Origin: Camelus ferus
Lineage: Eukaryota
DNA length: 64,000 bases
Direction: 5' to 3'
Assembly (NCBI RefSeq): GCF_009834535.1
Contig: NC_045696.1
Location: 64,668,001-64,732,000, forward strand
Under the pieces are notes generated by a model. The model did not search any database and had not been told where the DNA came from. It worked only from the letters and a program-made list of their open reading frames with translations. Within the stretch, counting starts at the first letter, position 1. Every line of letters begins with the position of its first letter. Position numbers and translations under genes: made by a program. Shown here piece after piece: positions 1-12,530 of this stretch.

Positions 1-181
1 TATCAAATTCCAGTGTAGAGCACAATTTTTCAGTTATACATGAACATACATACATTCATTGTCACATTTCTTTTTCACTGTGAGCTACCACAGGATCTTG
101 TATATATTTCCCTGTGCTATACAGTATAATCTTGTTTATCTGTTCTACAATTTTGAAATCCCAGTCTGTCCCTTCCCACCC
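1..181 (-). mobile_element. Young L1 3' UTR fragment (camelid-type), runs off the window start
   Basis: Reverse complement of a typical L1 3' end (GGGTGGGAAGGGACAGACTGGGATTTC...TATAGCACAGGGAAATATATACAAGATC...GAAAAAATTGTGCTCTACACTGGAA); same terminal type as 22912-23016. Confidence 0.85.
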
Positions 182-324
182 TGGTCTTTTCATTTCTTTT
201 TGTTATTTACATTTTCAGTTATTTCTGATTTCAGAGTGGAAGAGGGAATTTTGGGTATGTGCTTAATCTGCCATCTTGACCCATTTATGAGTTATAAGAA
301 TCTATCAACGTTTATTAAACTGAT

Positions 325-465
325 TCCCTACTCTTGTTCATTTAGGTTGTTTCTAGTTTCTTCTTGTAACAAACATCACAACGATAAACATTTTCATAGC
401 TAAGTGTTTGCATGTGCCCATTATTATATTCTTAGATTACATTTTCAGAAATAAAACTACTGGTG
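325..465 (-). mobile_element. Old L1M (L1ME-like) fragment
   Basis: Degenerate 'catttaggttgtttctagtttc...ataaacattttcatagctaag...ttcagaaataaaactactgg' pattern typical of antisense old L1 ORF2 end/3' UTR. Confidence 0.55.
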
Positions 466-609
466 ATTTTTACCTTTTCATTATTCATGTCTGATGGTGT
501 CCTTCTTCCAGATTTTCTTTACCTTTTTATTATCTTCAGGAATATGGCCTTAACAACATGGTGTGCTGTTAAGATGTGTCAATATCTAACTCCTAACTCC
601 TGCTTACCT

Positions 610-1000
610 CTTCAGCCTCATAGTCCACCACTGTCCTGCATTCACCACACTTGGAATTCTGCAGATGTACTGTCCTCTGTTATTCACCCATGTCTTGACC
701 TATGCTGTTCCTTCCATCAGGGATACTTTCTCCCTATCTCTTTGCACAGTGATCTGCTCATCCTTTAAAACACTGCTCAGGTGAGCCCTCTGCTGTGAAG
801 TCCTCTGTGACCTTTCCAGAAAGCGTTTCCCTCTTCTATGCTATTACAGTTCTTCTGTTACAGCATTTACTAAAGTTGTTTACATGCTTGTCTCCACCAC
901 TAAGTTGAGAAATCCTTGAGAACTGTTGTTTGAACCCCAGCACTTAGCACAGTGCTTGGTACATAGAAGGTACTTGCTTGGTGAATAATTGATGAATGGA
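610..1000 (+). mobile_element. L2 LINE 3' fragment
   Basis: Ends in L2 terminal motif 'cccagcacttagcacagtgcttggtacatagaagg...tgatgaatgga'. Confidence 0.75.
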
Positions 1001-2627
1001 TATTCTACAACTTGGTGAGTAATACCATATTGATTCATATAAATTTTTTTGTGCTTCCCTAACCACACAGTAAACTTGTTTGGGCTGAGAACTGTGTCAT
1101 GATATTCTCTCTCTATCTGGTCTGTCTAGTCTGTCATAGTCTTTTCATCTCCAATCTACTAATGCAGTGTCAGTCATATTCTTAGCACACTCCAAATATC
1201 TATGCTTTGATTGACTATTAGGTACAGTAACAGCATCAGTGGGTTTAAAAAAGAGTTACTGTGGGTTCTGCTGCAGGTCATCACATGCCGGACCGTCAGC
1301 TCGTGTGTATTCAACACCCACCTTCCTGGAGTCTTTTCCCTTTCTTGGTGTTGTCAGGTTAAACAAGGGCTTTGGACTTGAGGACATCCAAGGCAGCTTC
1401 CGGCTCTATTAATTTGTCTTCTTACCCACAATTACAATTCTATGTCCAAAACAGACTATGCCCCCTCTTCTATGAAAAATGAGTGAGCACTCTGTTTCAT
1501 AAAAGCTCTTGTTTGTCGTATATTTTTAGAGTGCTACAAGAGGAGTCATAACACTTGTATTTGTGTTTCAACTTGCATCCGGAGAAATGACTTACACAAT
1601 TTCTGGGAAGAAAGCTTGTAAACTTGAAATATTCTGACTTCAAATGAGCACACATCTATATTTCTGGTGATTTTGGAAATGATAGCAAAAATGACAAACT
1701 CTTTGCTGCTTTCTACAGTAAGTTCAGAGGGTGAAAATAAATTTTTAAAATTAGGAAATCTGAATAAAACTGAGTAGAAAACAAATATAAAACTCAAGAT
1801 AGCATCCTTGATTATGGAATAGGAAGATGTTATAAAATGATACAACATCCTTTATTTTATTACCACACTGAGAGATACTGTTTGGGGTTTATTTATTTCT
1901 AAAAATCTTTATATTTTCCACTTCACGGCTAGCTTATACTGTTTTTGTTCTAATTACATGGGAATTGAAAATTATTTCTTAGTAGCATTAAGTGATGTTA
2001 TGAGCTCAGTCAACAACAAACAGCCAGGCTCTTTGGTATTCAATTCAGTTCCACCATCACTGATTATGTTTTTTCTATGAAAAGCCTTCTTCCATGATTA
2101 GTTGAATTGAACACCTTGAACCTGAAATTGCGTTCTAGGTGCTGGTCCCAGCTCTTTGAGACTTTAGACATACAATACATGTTTATTGTTTTCAGATTTG
2201 TCATCATGGTGATGGCAGAGCAACCTGTTCCCTCTTTTTTGGCTTATCTCTGGTTCAGAGTTCATTTCCTTCTCTATTCCTGTGATTGATCCAGGAACCA
2301 TGACTTTGATCAATGATTATTTTTTCCTACTTAGTCACTTACAATTCCTTTTTACAGAATTTTGAATCTAATTCATTTTTTCACTCTTCTTCATCATCTT
2401 AGTTCTAATACACAGCATGCATTCAGGAATTATTTTGGAACTGCCTTGATTTCAGTGAAGAGCTCAAGTTTTCTAATACAGAAAACATATTTATGATTAT
2501 CCTTAGATCAACTATGGTCCTGATTTTGCTGGATTTTCAGAATTAATGCATTAAAAATCTCACTGAACTCTGCGTGAGTTTTCTGGATAATGTGTTTTGC
2601 TTCTTTATGCTTTCCTTTGTACTCTAG

Positions 2628-2641
2628 TGCTTCTACACTAG
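2628..2641 (+). other. Candidate 14-nt microexon (TGCTTCTACACTAG) or recursive splice site
   Basis: Long polypyrimidine tract with no AG in 2579-2625, acceptor TAG at 2625-2627, followed by consensus donor AG|GTAAGT at 2642; TGC motifs at 2598 and 2608. Confidence 0.45.
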
Positions 2642-4021
2642 GTAAGTGTTACTTGGCTGCACAAAAACTAAATGTTACTAAACATGTAGAAAGTAAACAC
2701 AGCTTGTACTGGACTCTGTTCCCTGTGGAAGAAATAATAGTAGACGATCAAGTTGATCTGGGGTTGGCTTTTTGGTGGTTTTAAACATCTTTCTTGTGTA
2801 AATTAAGGAGGTAATGCTGGTGGTAGTGGTAGTGTTGTGATTTAACTTAAAATCAGAATCTGTGTGGTCCTAGGACAAGTGTGGGGAGTGGTTTTAACCA
2901 CTTGGCAAGTCTGTTGCTCATTTAAAACAGGAAGTGCTCACACTGCCACTCAGTTGCTACTACTTGTCTAATTCAAATAGGGCTAATTTTACTGTGTTAT
3001 AAGATCTTGTCATCTTATTATAAAGACATCTTTTTTAGTATCTCATGGTGGACTTATTTGGTTGGCACAAAATGATATGTTAAGATATGTTACACGGGGA
3101 GAAATTGGATTAACTTCAAATTCCAGCCCCTTCCTCTTCCACATGTCTTGAGAAAAGACAAGGCAGAGAGTGTGCTGGAAAGCATGTCTCCATGCCAGCG
3201 GACCCTGGATCTTCCCCGTCACTCATTAGTGGTAGGAATTAGAGCTGCTCACATGGCTTCTCTGACTCTCAGGAGCCTCCTGTATAACCTGGGGAAATTG
3301 TTACCTGCCAGTCTATCTATTAGGGTTATATAATGCAAGCGGAAATGCTAGGTTAATTGCAAAGCACAGAACAAATGGGTAGTGTTACCATTGTAGGATC
3401 TATATGCACAGGCCAAAGTGAAATCCTTGGAAACAAACTGGAAGATTGTTTTTCCTTTAGCATCTCTTCTGCCAAAAATGTTTATTGATTGCAGCTGGAA
3501 GGAAGCCATTCTGCAAGGGAAAATGATTCTGAATATAGGAGTCAGAACCTGTTTAATATTCTGACAGCTTGAACATTTTTTTTTATGTTTTGCAATAACA
3601 GTTTAGCTTCTGAGTGACTTCTCTGACATGAGAATCCACTGAATCAGGAAAGCTATAAATTACTGACAGGCTATCCTCAGGGAAGTGACCAGGACGGTGC
3701 AAATGGGATTGTACCAGCGTGTTTGGTCGAGGGAACTCGAATGCCTAAGGCTTTTCAGACCTCAAAGGAGGCCAGCTGTGTGGAGTATGAAAGACCAGAG
3801 GACCAGCCACCTACTATCCTTTGGACATCATCTACTGAGAGCCTATCATCTGCTACACTCTGTGGTAGGTGCTTTGACCGAAGTATTGCATTTGACCTTC
3901 AGAACAACTCTTTTGGAAGAGCACTAGTATACCATTCATACATTTAGGAAAATTGACATTCCCTAAAATGCGATTATGCTCAAGTCTTCCAGTTCTAAAT
4001 CCAGTGCTCTGTTCATGTTAG

Positions 4022-4160
4022 TTTTTGTTTTGGTTTGTTGAGGAGGGGGAGGTAATTAGGTCTGTTTGTTTATTTATTTATTTGATGGAGGTACTGGGGA
4101 TTGAACCCGGGACCTTGTGCATGCTAGGCACTTGCTCTACCACTGAGCTATACCCTCCCC
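4022..4160 (-). mobile_element. Vic-1-type tRNA-Ala-derived SINE (camelid)
   Basis: Minus strand reads GGGGAGGGTATAGCTCAGTGGTAGAGC...CTAGCATGCACAAGGTCCCGGGTTCAATCCCCAGTACCTCCA, then (AAAT)n, CCTAATTACCTCCCCC and an A-rich tail; Pol III A box 4140-4150, B box 4098-4107. Confidence 0.9.
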
Positions 4161-6448
4161 TCTCTTTCCGTTTTATAGAGCCCACCCCGACTCCCACCGC
4201 ATATGTTATTAGTAACTATGCATTTACAAAGTACTACCACACAAATTACCTCACTTGACTGATACGGCCTCTGTCCCCAGCCTTTCCAAGGCAAGCCTGT
4301 GTGTTGTTTCTTTCTTAGTTCCGGTGGTATGTTTGAAAAGAGCCCTGCATGAGAACCGGAACTCTGGCCTGGCCTTCTTCACCCATTCACTTCGTTACCT
4401 CAAGGCCTGAAAGAGAAGGGATGTGCCTCTAGTCTAGTTAGGCAGTGGAAGAATCTGGAGTAGAAGTCAGCTTTCCTGAGTTCCAGGTCTCCCCAGCATC
4501 TTTGGAGATAAAACCCACTGACTAGATTAGTACAATTTTTATGCATTTGTTGAGATCATTATTTAATTTAAAAGCTGTCATTATGATTTAATTACAGGGA
4601 GTAAATAAGACTTTGACTCTGAAATGGGATGGGGAAAACATTGGTAGGGAAAGATTTACTGTAAAGGTTTGATCCTAATCTGTAATGAAAATGATACTTG
4701 GTGAGAAAGGGGAAGCGGCTGCTTCAAGCTTGCGTTATTTGGAAAAGTCCCAGTTTTAGATACTGAATCTGTACAAAGTGGGCAGAGTCTGGGCTCTCTT
4801 TTTAAGAGCGTCTGAGCCCACCAAACGCTCCTCTTCTTGGGGGGTCCAGCTCGGCCTGCTCTGAAAAGTGAAAGCCCATAGAATGCCAGCCTGCCTCACA
4901 GGAAAGGGACGTGCTGGAGACTTACCCTCACCTGGGTTGCCCTCAGGTAGGCCTACGGGAAGGATCATGTTGGAGTGTTAATTAACGTGGTGGCTCATGT
5001 AGTTACTAAAGTTATTGGAAGCTATTAATTTGGATTTTTCTGTGACTCTGATTTATGAAAATGAACTTGTAATGAAAATGAATGACAGAAATAAGCTAAC
5101 AAGAGGAATGCTTAGCCTACCCACGCAAACCTGCCTTTACAGCAAGACATGGGGAGCATCTCTGAAGGATGAAGATAACATGGCTTTGGGGATATTTTAT
5201 TGAAAGTGAGTTGTGATTCTGTTTTGAGATCCGTTGCTCTTACTCCAGGGAAGATGATCTTAGGCTACTTCCTTCTTTCTTTGATTTTGCCTTTAATTCC
5301 CTTGCACCGTTCCTTCTGGACACACCCTGGTGAATAAAGGCTGTGGAATCTGCAGGGAATAATGAGGAAGCCCACTCAGACCAAGTCCGGTGCAGTCGGT
5401 CAGCGAAAGGAAATCAGTGGAAGGGAGGGGGGTGTGTTGAGGTGAGGACACTTCTTAAAGTAGCATTTTAATGGTAAGCTCGATGTTAAGTTACTTGCCC
5501 ACATTTATACAGCTTGTAAGTGGTAAAGCCATGATTTGGACTGGCTCTGGCCTGAATGCAGAGAACCCAAGGAATCACCAGGGCCAGCTTTCACTGGTTT
5601 TGGATAACAGAAGGCTCCCCCTCCAAATGCCAGCCATTATTTTATTTGCCAGATGGGTTATGTTTTGTCTGGACCATGGCAATCTCAGGCCCTGGTTGGT
5701 CTTCTTCTCAGGAACTGTTTCCTTTATTTCTTGATTGTTATTTCTGTTCCATCAGGGAAGACTCATTCTTTAGGCATACAGATATTTTGCATGGATAAAT
5801 CTATAGCCTTTGCTGTTTTTAGGATCCTCCCTTTCATAATTTTTCATATTTTCTGATTTTGGGGTGAATTTCTTTCGTATCAATGACTTAATTTTTTATA
5901 GTGCCAACTTTGTTCTTTTCCCTTTCCAATGTGGAATTAATCTGGCTTTTGCTACCTCGCTCTTCTTGGCCAGTTTCCTTTATAATTTCAGACTGAATAT
6001 AATTGTTTTAAATCCCATCATTCATCCCTTACCCTAACAAGGTCACTATATCATGTATTTACTTGAAAGAACACAGCAGATATTTCCCAATATTTCTTTT
6101 TCAAATGTTAAATATTAAAAAAAAAAAACTATGGTTTTCTTCTGCACCTTAGAGCAGTTCTCCCTCATTCAAATATTGTAGCGTGGGTCTCACCTGCGCT
6201 GTCACCTCCCTGCACGGCCACCCCACCCCTCCATTTACTTCTCCTTGAGCATGGATGCAAGCATGGAGTTTTCCAGAAGCTAGATTTCTGTGTTCTCCCT
6301 TGTTCACCAATAATTTCCATGTGAGTATGATAAATTCTGTTTCATTGCCCTGGAGGCTTATTTGATGTGCAAAGACATTCACCAGTTTTGAGGAGATCGA
6401 TTAGTGAGGCTCTGCTTAAGTAAGGAAGGATCTTCTGCTTCCAATGGC

Positions 6449-6862
6449 TGTGTACGAGGGTTCTCCAGAGAAACAGAACCGATAGGAGATATTTTGGCTC
6501 ACATTAAGTACGGAGGCCTGTAGATCCCATGGTCTTCGTGTTTACAAGCTGGAGAACCACGAAAGCTGGTGGTTTGATTCAGTTTGAGTCCAAAGGCCCG
6601 AAAACCAGAAGTGCCCAATGCCTGAGGGCAGGAGAAGATGCATGTCTCAGCGCAAACAAAAAGTAAATTTGCTCTTCTGTCACCTTTTTGTTCCATTCAG
6701 GCCCTCAAAGCATTGGATGATGCCCGCCTGAATTGCTTAGTCTACCAATTCAAATGCTAATCTTTCAGAAACACCCTTACAGACACATCTAGAAATAATG
6801 TTTTCCCAGCTATCTGGGCATCCCTTAGCCTCTCAAGTTGACACATAAAATGAGCCATCACA
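6449..6862 (-). mobile_element. MLT2-family (ERVL) solo LTR
   Basis: Termini match MLT2: minus strand starts TGTGATGGCTCATTTTATGTGTCAACTTGA...GGATGCCCAGATAGCTGG and ends GGTTCTGTTTCTCTGGAGAACCC. Confidence 0.85.
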
Positions 6863-7468
6863 GCCTCGTTTACCCCCCAAACCCCAAGTGATCTGAAACA
6901 CTTTTAAGTTTTTGCGGAATGGAGTACACAACTGTCAAGACTTCCGGTCTTCTCCAGGGCCCGCCACCAACTTTCCGTTCCTTTCTTACTTGGCCTTTCT
7001 GGACCACTAGGCGTTACAGTCTTCAAATTTTCATATAAGGGGACCTACCAATGCTGACAAATGTCAGGGGGAGACAGAAAGTCATCTTGGATGGCATAGC
7101 AGACGGTTTCCTTGCAATATGTGTGGGGAGGTGGCTGTTAGATTTCTGCATCTCTGACGTGGAGGCACACAGTGGGAGGCAGTGATGGCTTCTGCTGCTT
7201 TTCTAGTCCTGCGTGGACACAGTACTTGGGGATGAGGCTACATGCTCGTCCCATGCACATGAGTATGGATTTCTCCCAGAGGCTGAGAAATTGTTGCTAG
7301 ATTTTAGTTTCCATTGCCATTGTGTTATTGTCATGATTTTTGGTTTTTTGTGTGTATTTTAATGAAATATGAAGAGAAGAAAAATGAAGTGCCGTGAGAT
7401 GTATCAGCACTTCATTTCTTAAGGTGTTACACTAATGTTATCACCACAGACTTACCTTCAATAGCTAA

Positions 7469-7806
7469 TGTAAAAAAAATTAATAAATAGAAATTTCTAT
7501 TAAATAGAGTTGGGAGACCAGAATGGGGAGCTCTCATGCCCTGCAAGGAAAGCAGAGCCCAACAGGAAGAAGGAAGGCTCCTCTTCCTTCCTGGTAAGGA
7601 CTCAGCCAATGAAAAGGCATAGCCTGAGTTTACTATAGCCCTCCCCACTTCCTTTTCCTTTCTATAAAAGCCTTCTCCTTCATTTGCCATGGGAGGACTT
7701 GCACATGGCTCATCATGATTGCAGAGCCCTTGTTGCAGTTCTCTGCTGATCCCAAATAAACCCATCTTTGCTGGAGAAATATCTGGCAGTCTGTTTCAGA
7801 TCAACA
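7469..7806 (+). mobile_element. ERV1-like solo LTR, 338 bp
   Basis: TGT...ACA termini, 4-bp flanks CTAA/CTAT (TSD with one mismatch), CCAAT 7606-7610, TATAAAA 7663-7669, AATAAA 7755-7760 in U3-R-U5 order. Confidence 0.8.
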
Positions 7807-10009
7807 CTATAATTTCTTGGAGCCCTTTTAGAAGAGAAATATCTGTTCCTTAGCTCATGTTTTTCTATTAGTGGAAACCGCAACAGCAGCTGAACCTAAC
7901 AATCTTGCGGTGATTTTCAAACCTGGTTTGTCCTGTTATGTGGTCCACTCCAGGCACATGGGGAAGCTGCTCAGCATGACTAGACCACCAGTCCCTGGAA
8001 GACAGGGGCTAAGTGTGACTTACCTTTGAATCCTAAGTACTTTGCAAAGGACCCAGTGCCTGGGTTTCTAGAATGCACCCAGTTATACTATAGAGCAAGT
8101 GCAGAGCCCTGTAACAATTTCAGGGGAAAATGCAGCCAGCTTTCCAATCACTATCTTTAAAGTCCCTAATTGGATAACTATTTTGAAATGTAGCCAGTGA
8201 GTTATATATATATACTTTTAATCATCCTAAGTGTCTTGGTAGTGTTCTATAAACTCTTCCAACTGGAGGAAGACATTATTTTCATTGTGAAGCTAAGTTA
8301 CATAAAACGGAGTTAAAGAGAAAAGCAGAATTTTTATTTCTTCTCGGGCTAACCCTTTATTTTCCAAACAAACCAAATGCCCTTCTTTCTAGGGTAAAGC
8401 TAATATACTCTAGCATTTCATTTACTAGTTAGCATGCTCCAAACTCGGCTTTGCTCTGCTCTCCGTGACGATCTTGGTGCAAAGGCTGCAGCTTGCTCAG
8501 CTTCACAAAGTCATGGCAGAAAGTCATAAAACTGCTGGTAGCAGCATTCAGGTACCCAAGGGAACATTCTCACAAAACGTCAGCTTATCTTGAGTTGAAA
8601 GAGGCAAGTGATGAGCGGAAAAAGTGCAGTGCTCTGACATGCCAAGTTTTGGATACCCGATCACCAGCAGTTTCAATGCCAGCTTTCAGCCTCTCCAAGC
8701 AGGAACCAATGTACTACTGATTGTTGACATAAAACTGTACAGGAAATCTACTTAATGTTTTTTCCCAAAACAATAGCCCAATGGATTATTTAGAAGATGT
8801 GTCTTTTTTTTTTTTTTTTCAATCTTCAAGAATCACTGATGTGTCTGATTGTGTTTTGGCCTAGTTAAATCTCACAGCATCTCTGTGAGTGCACCATTTT
8901 GCATCTGCAATTGTGAAGTGCTGTTAAGGGGCCTTTCCATTCTCCAAACAAGCAATGATGGAGTGAAAAGCAAAACAAAACAAAACAAATGTTCTCATGG
9001 GCCTCATTGGAGAAACACAGTTTCCTCCAGAGTAAAGTAGCCTTTGAAACTGCACATTATCTTGCCACATGTATTAGTTTTGAGAATTGTATTAGTAGTT
9101 TTATCTTTTTTTAATTTACGAGTTGGGAGTTGCATGTTTAAAAACTAAAGACATTGTTTGGATATATATAGGAAATGTGTGTCTATGGATGAATGTGGGT
9201 TTGTGTGGTAGATATGCCTAGTGTGGTATAAGCAGAGCACAACGTCCCGTTATAATACAGCCACATGTAGACTTTTCTAAATTATGATGATTAAACTGTC
9301 CATTATCGTTAACACCTCATGAGTCTAAAGCTTACAGATCCAACAAACTCAGCTGGCTGGAGCCCAGCTGCAAACCAGAAAGTAAAGCCAAAAGGAATTT
9401 GGAAGAGATAAAGTTGATACCTCGAAGCTTACATTTTCTCAGTTCCCCTTCCCTCCTCCCCAACTTCCTTCCCTGCTCCCCCCCACCAACTCACTCTGGG
9501 AGATTCTTTAAAGATCTAATTTTATATACAGTTCTAATCAACCTGGTGATCTCTTTTTTCATTCTATGTAAGACTAGAAGCACCTGAAGGCAGGCACAGT
9601 GGCTTCAGTTAAAAGAGGCAGTTAAGACTCTGCGGGAAGAGGCAGAGAAAGAAAAATGAAAATCAGACAGGAAAACCCTAAAAGCATTGGGGCCGTCCAG
9701 TGAAGAAACCAGCAGTTCTGTACATTTCAGTAGGTCCAGAGGACACTGCAGTTGAGGACAGTGTTGGTGTCCATCATACCCATCCCGACACATTAAGATT
9801 AAATTATGTCAGCGTGGTGTACCCAGTAAAAAGCAGAAATGTATAGTGCATTTCAGGAAGTGTTCTGTGCACGGAAGTTACTGTTTTATGAAATTTAAAG
9901 GGAGGGAAATCCCTCTCAGCTCACCAGAGAATGGAGGTGTGCAGAATGGCAAGCAGTTCATGATTACATATTAGGCGTCCTGTCGTCGTGCTGCTAGGAT
10001 CCTTTGTTA

Positions 10010-10195
10010 TTTATAAGTTCTGTGACCTTGGCCATGGGATTTTCTGTCTCAGAGCCTTAGAGTTCTCTTCTGTAAGATAATTATAATAGCATCTACTCCT
10101 CAGGAGTGTTCTATAGCTTCAATAGGATTTCTTTCTAAAGTATTTTTGCATGGTGCCTGCCAAATAATGTATATTTAATAATTGTGGTTATTACT
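10010..10195 (+). mobile_element. MIR SINE
   Basis: Degenerate MIR core 'tgtgaccttgg...ctgtaagataattataatagcatctac'. Confidence 0.65.
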
Positions 10196-10360
10196 ACAAG
10201 GAAATATGTTGGAAGCTGAGTAGTACCAAGCGTTTTAGACCATATATCACATTGTTACGATCCTACGTGGTTAGGTATTTTCTTGTTGAATACTTTGAAA
10301 ACTATTACCTGAACTAGGAGACTGTCCACTCTAGGGATATTATGCCATAATCTTTCACTA

Positions 10361-10574
10361 GCTGGCACTGTTACTGTATTTGGGGCAGGATAACATTCTA
10401 TTGGGCAAGGACTGCCCTGCGCATTGCAGGGTGGTGGATTAGCAGCACCCCCAGCCTCTACCCACTAGATACCAGTAGTGCCTCCCCTCACCTGACTTGT
10501 AACAACCAAAAATGATTCGAGAGACATTGCCAGATGTTCCTGGGGAGCAGAATCACCTTGGTTGAGAACCACTG
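10361..10574. mobile_element. MER20 (hAT-Charlie) non-autonomous DNA transposon
   Basis: Characteristic 'ctctacccactagataccagtag...acaaccaaaaatg...gacattgccagatgttcctggggagcagaatcaccttggttgagaaccactg'. Confidence 0.85.
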
Positions 10575-11342
10575 TACTAGAGAAACAAATTATGTAAATA
10601 CCAAGTGTAGAGTTTTAAACTGTAGTGACAAGTTGATGCTGAGTGTTTTTTAATTCTCATTCCCTTTGTGCTATGAGGCTTTGATGCCATGTATCTGCTT
10701 TATTGCAATTACCTCTATGTTCATCTTTCCCTCTTGTAATTTAGATGTTCTTTAGTGAAAGGAGAGTGCAAAAGGTTTGGGGTGAAGCAGTATGTCCTGT
10801 GCAGCCTTCTGAAAATAAGGCTTCCTAGGTGAATTTCAATCATGATTTTCTAGATGGCTTTAAATTAATCGACATGTATTTATTGAACATGTACCAATTC
10901 TTAAAGTCCTGTGCCAAATATTGCAAGAGAAGGGAAATTTTTTTTCTGAACCACCTGGATAAAGGAATTTCTTTTTTGGTTCCATGTCTCTGAGGACTGG
11001 TGGTGCTGGCCCCTCCAGCTCCCAACAACTTGCCTCTCTCTCTTGCTCCATGAGTCTTCTGCTCTAAATTCCTCATGCTTTAATCCACCTCTCCACCTCA
11101 CCTTCCACCCCTATCTTTATTACATGACTATGCAGGGTTCCAGACACCATCATCTTTCTGGCATGACTCAGACTCCTGATAAATTGCCATTTCTGGTGCC
11201 TCATTTTGGGAAAATCACCTGCTTCTTTTAGCCCACATCAGTAGGGAACACTGGTCCATCTATTAATCAGTTGGTCTTAATTCTAAAATTGAATCGTAAT
11301 CAAATATTTCTGGCTCTTTATCCTGTCCATATTTGGAGATAT

Positions 11343-11842
11343 TCATCAGTTATGATTAAATTGCCCAATGAGTAACAAAGATCTGAAGTTATAGTGACTT
11401 AAACTAAATAGAATTAATTTTCTGTTAGCACAGAAGTCACAAGACAGGCAGCCCAAGGTGGATGTGATAGTGTTATGGTTTCATCACTCTCTCAGTTTCC
11501 CTCTGTCCTTCTGCTCTGCTATTCCTCCTGTGTAGCTTCCATCCTCAAGGTCACCCCATAGTAAAAAGGTGTCCATCTATTGCAGTTCCAATCATCACAT
11601 CCGAGTTTCAGCCAGAAAGAGGGAGAAAAAGAGAAGGACAAAGAGATGGCCTGATAATGGAATACTTTCTTTTTCCCCTAAGTCCCTCTTAAAATTATTT
11701 TGTTTAAGTTTGAAAACCTGTCTACAAGGAGGCAGTTGGGATTTGTAGCTGGGAACGTGGCTGCTCCCAACAATATAGAGATGGTGTTAATACGGAGGAA
11801 ATGAGAATAGATATTAGTCAGACCTAGACATCTCTGCCACAC
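11343..11842 (-). mobile_element. Old MaLR LTR (MLT1J/K/L-like)
   Basis: 'gagtaacaaagatc...agtgacttaaactaaatagaattaatttt...ccatcctcaaggtc...tctctgccaca' resembles an antisense MLT1 LTR. Confidence 0.6.
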
Positions 11843-12329
11843 AGAGACTTTCGAGGGGAATTTATATCATTGATGCTACATTACCATGCATGAAGTCGGA
11901 CTTCAATAAGATGTTTCAAATTCCATACAGCAAACATTTCTTATTTCATTAGTACTGAGTTCTTACTCCTAATGTGGGCTCCTTGTGCTTAAGTGCAGAG
12001 TTGGAAGGACTCTGTATCCTTTCCCCAGAGAATTAGGTGGAAAACTGTAACATCCCCTGAAAAGTGAAAGATGTAGCCAGTCAGTCCGGTTGACTATTTT
12101 TTTGTCTGATTTTTCAGAAATGGCTGACTAGCTGTGTGTTTTTATACACAGCTGGAGTTTATCAGGAAGGCATCATGGGGGTACTTTTTCTCTTTTTTAT
12201 GTATGAAAACAGCGTTTTTGACACGCAGGGGAGGAGCGGCCCCCAGTCCGTCAAGGGCAGTAGTGTGGTGTTGGGGCAGGGATGACCATGCTGCACGGCC
12301 TCCTGCTCTCCCACTCGACTGTTTCCTGG

Positions 12330-12530
12330 CTCTGCCACTTTTGCTCAGTCACTCTCAGGTTCCATTTTTCATCTGTAAAATGAGCTAACAACCTTGAATT
12401 TTCTGTTTGTTTTGTTTTCTCGCATAGATGTACTGAATGCCCCCCTATGGCAAGACACTATCATAGGACAGAGTTATTATGAGACTTCAATGAAAGTATC
12501 TATAAAAGCATATGGAAATTTGAAATGCTG
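12330..12530 (+). mobile_element. MIR SINE (fragmented)
   Basis: Core-like 'ctctcaggttccatttttcatctgtaaaatgag' and tail-like 'gttattatgagacttcaatgaaag...taaagca'. Confidence 0.5.

Noticed and set aside
4085..4160. tRNA-Ala(AGC) gene
   Set aside because: Imperfect acceptor stem, followed by the SINE-specific body and A-rich tail; a second diverged copy exists, so it is a SINE
4760..4946. Possible + strand exon (ttttag...CAG|gtaggc)
   Set aside because: Stops in all three frames, weak pyrimidine tract, no other support
10462..10475. CTCF-like motif inside MER20
   Set aside because: CCACTAGATACCAG departs from the CTCF core at the key G positions
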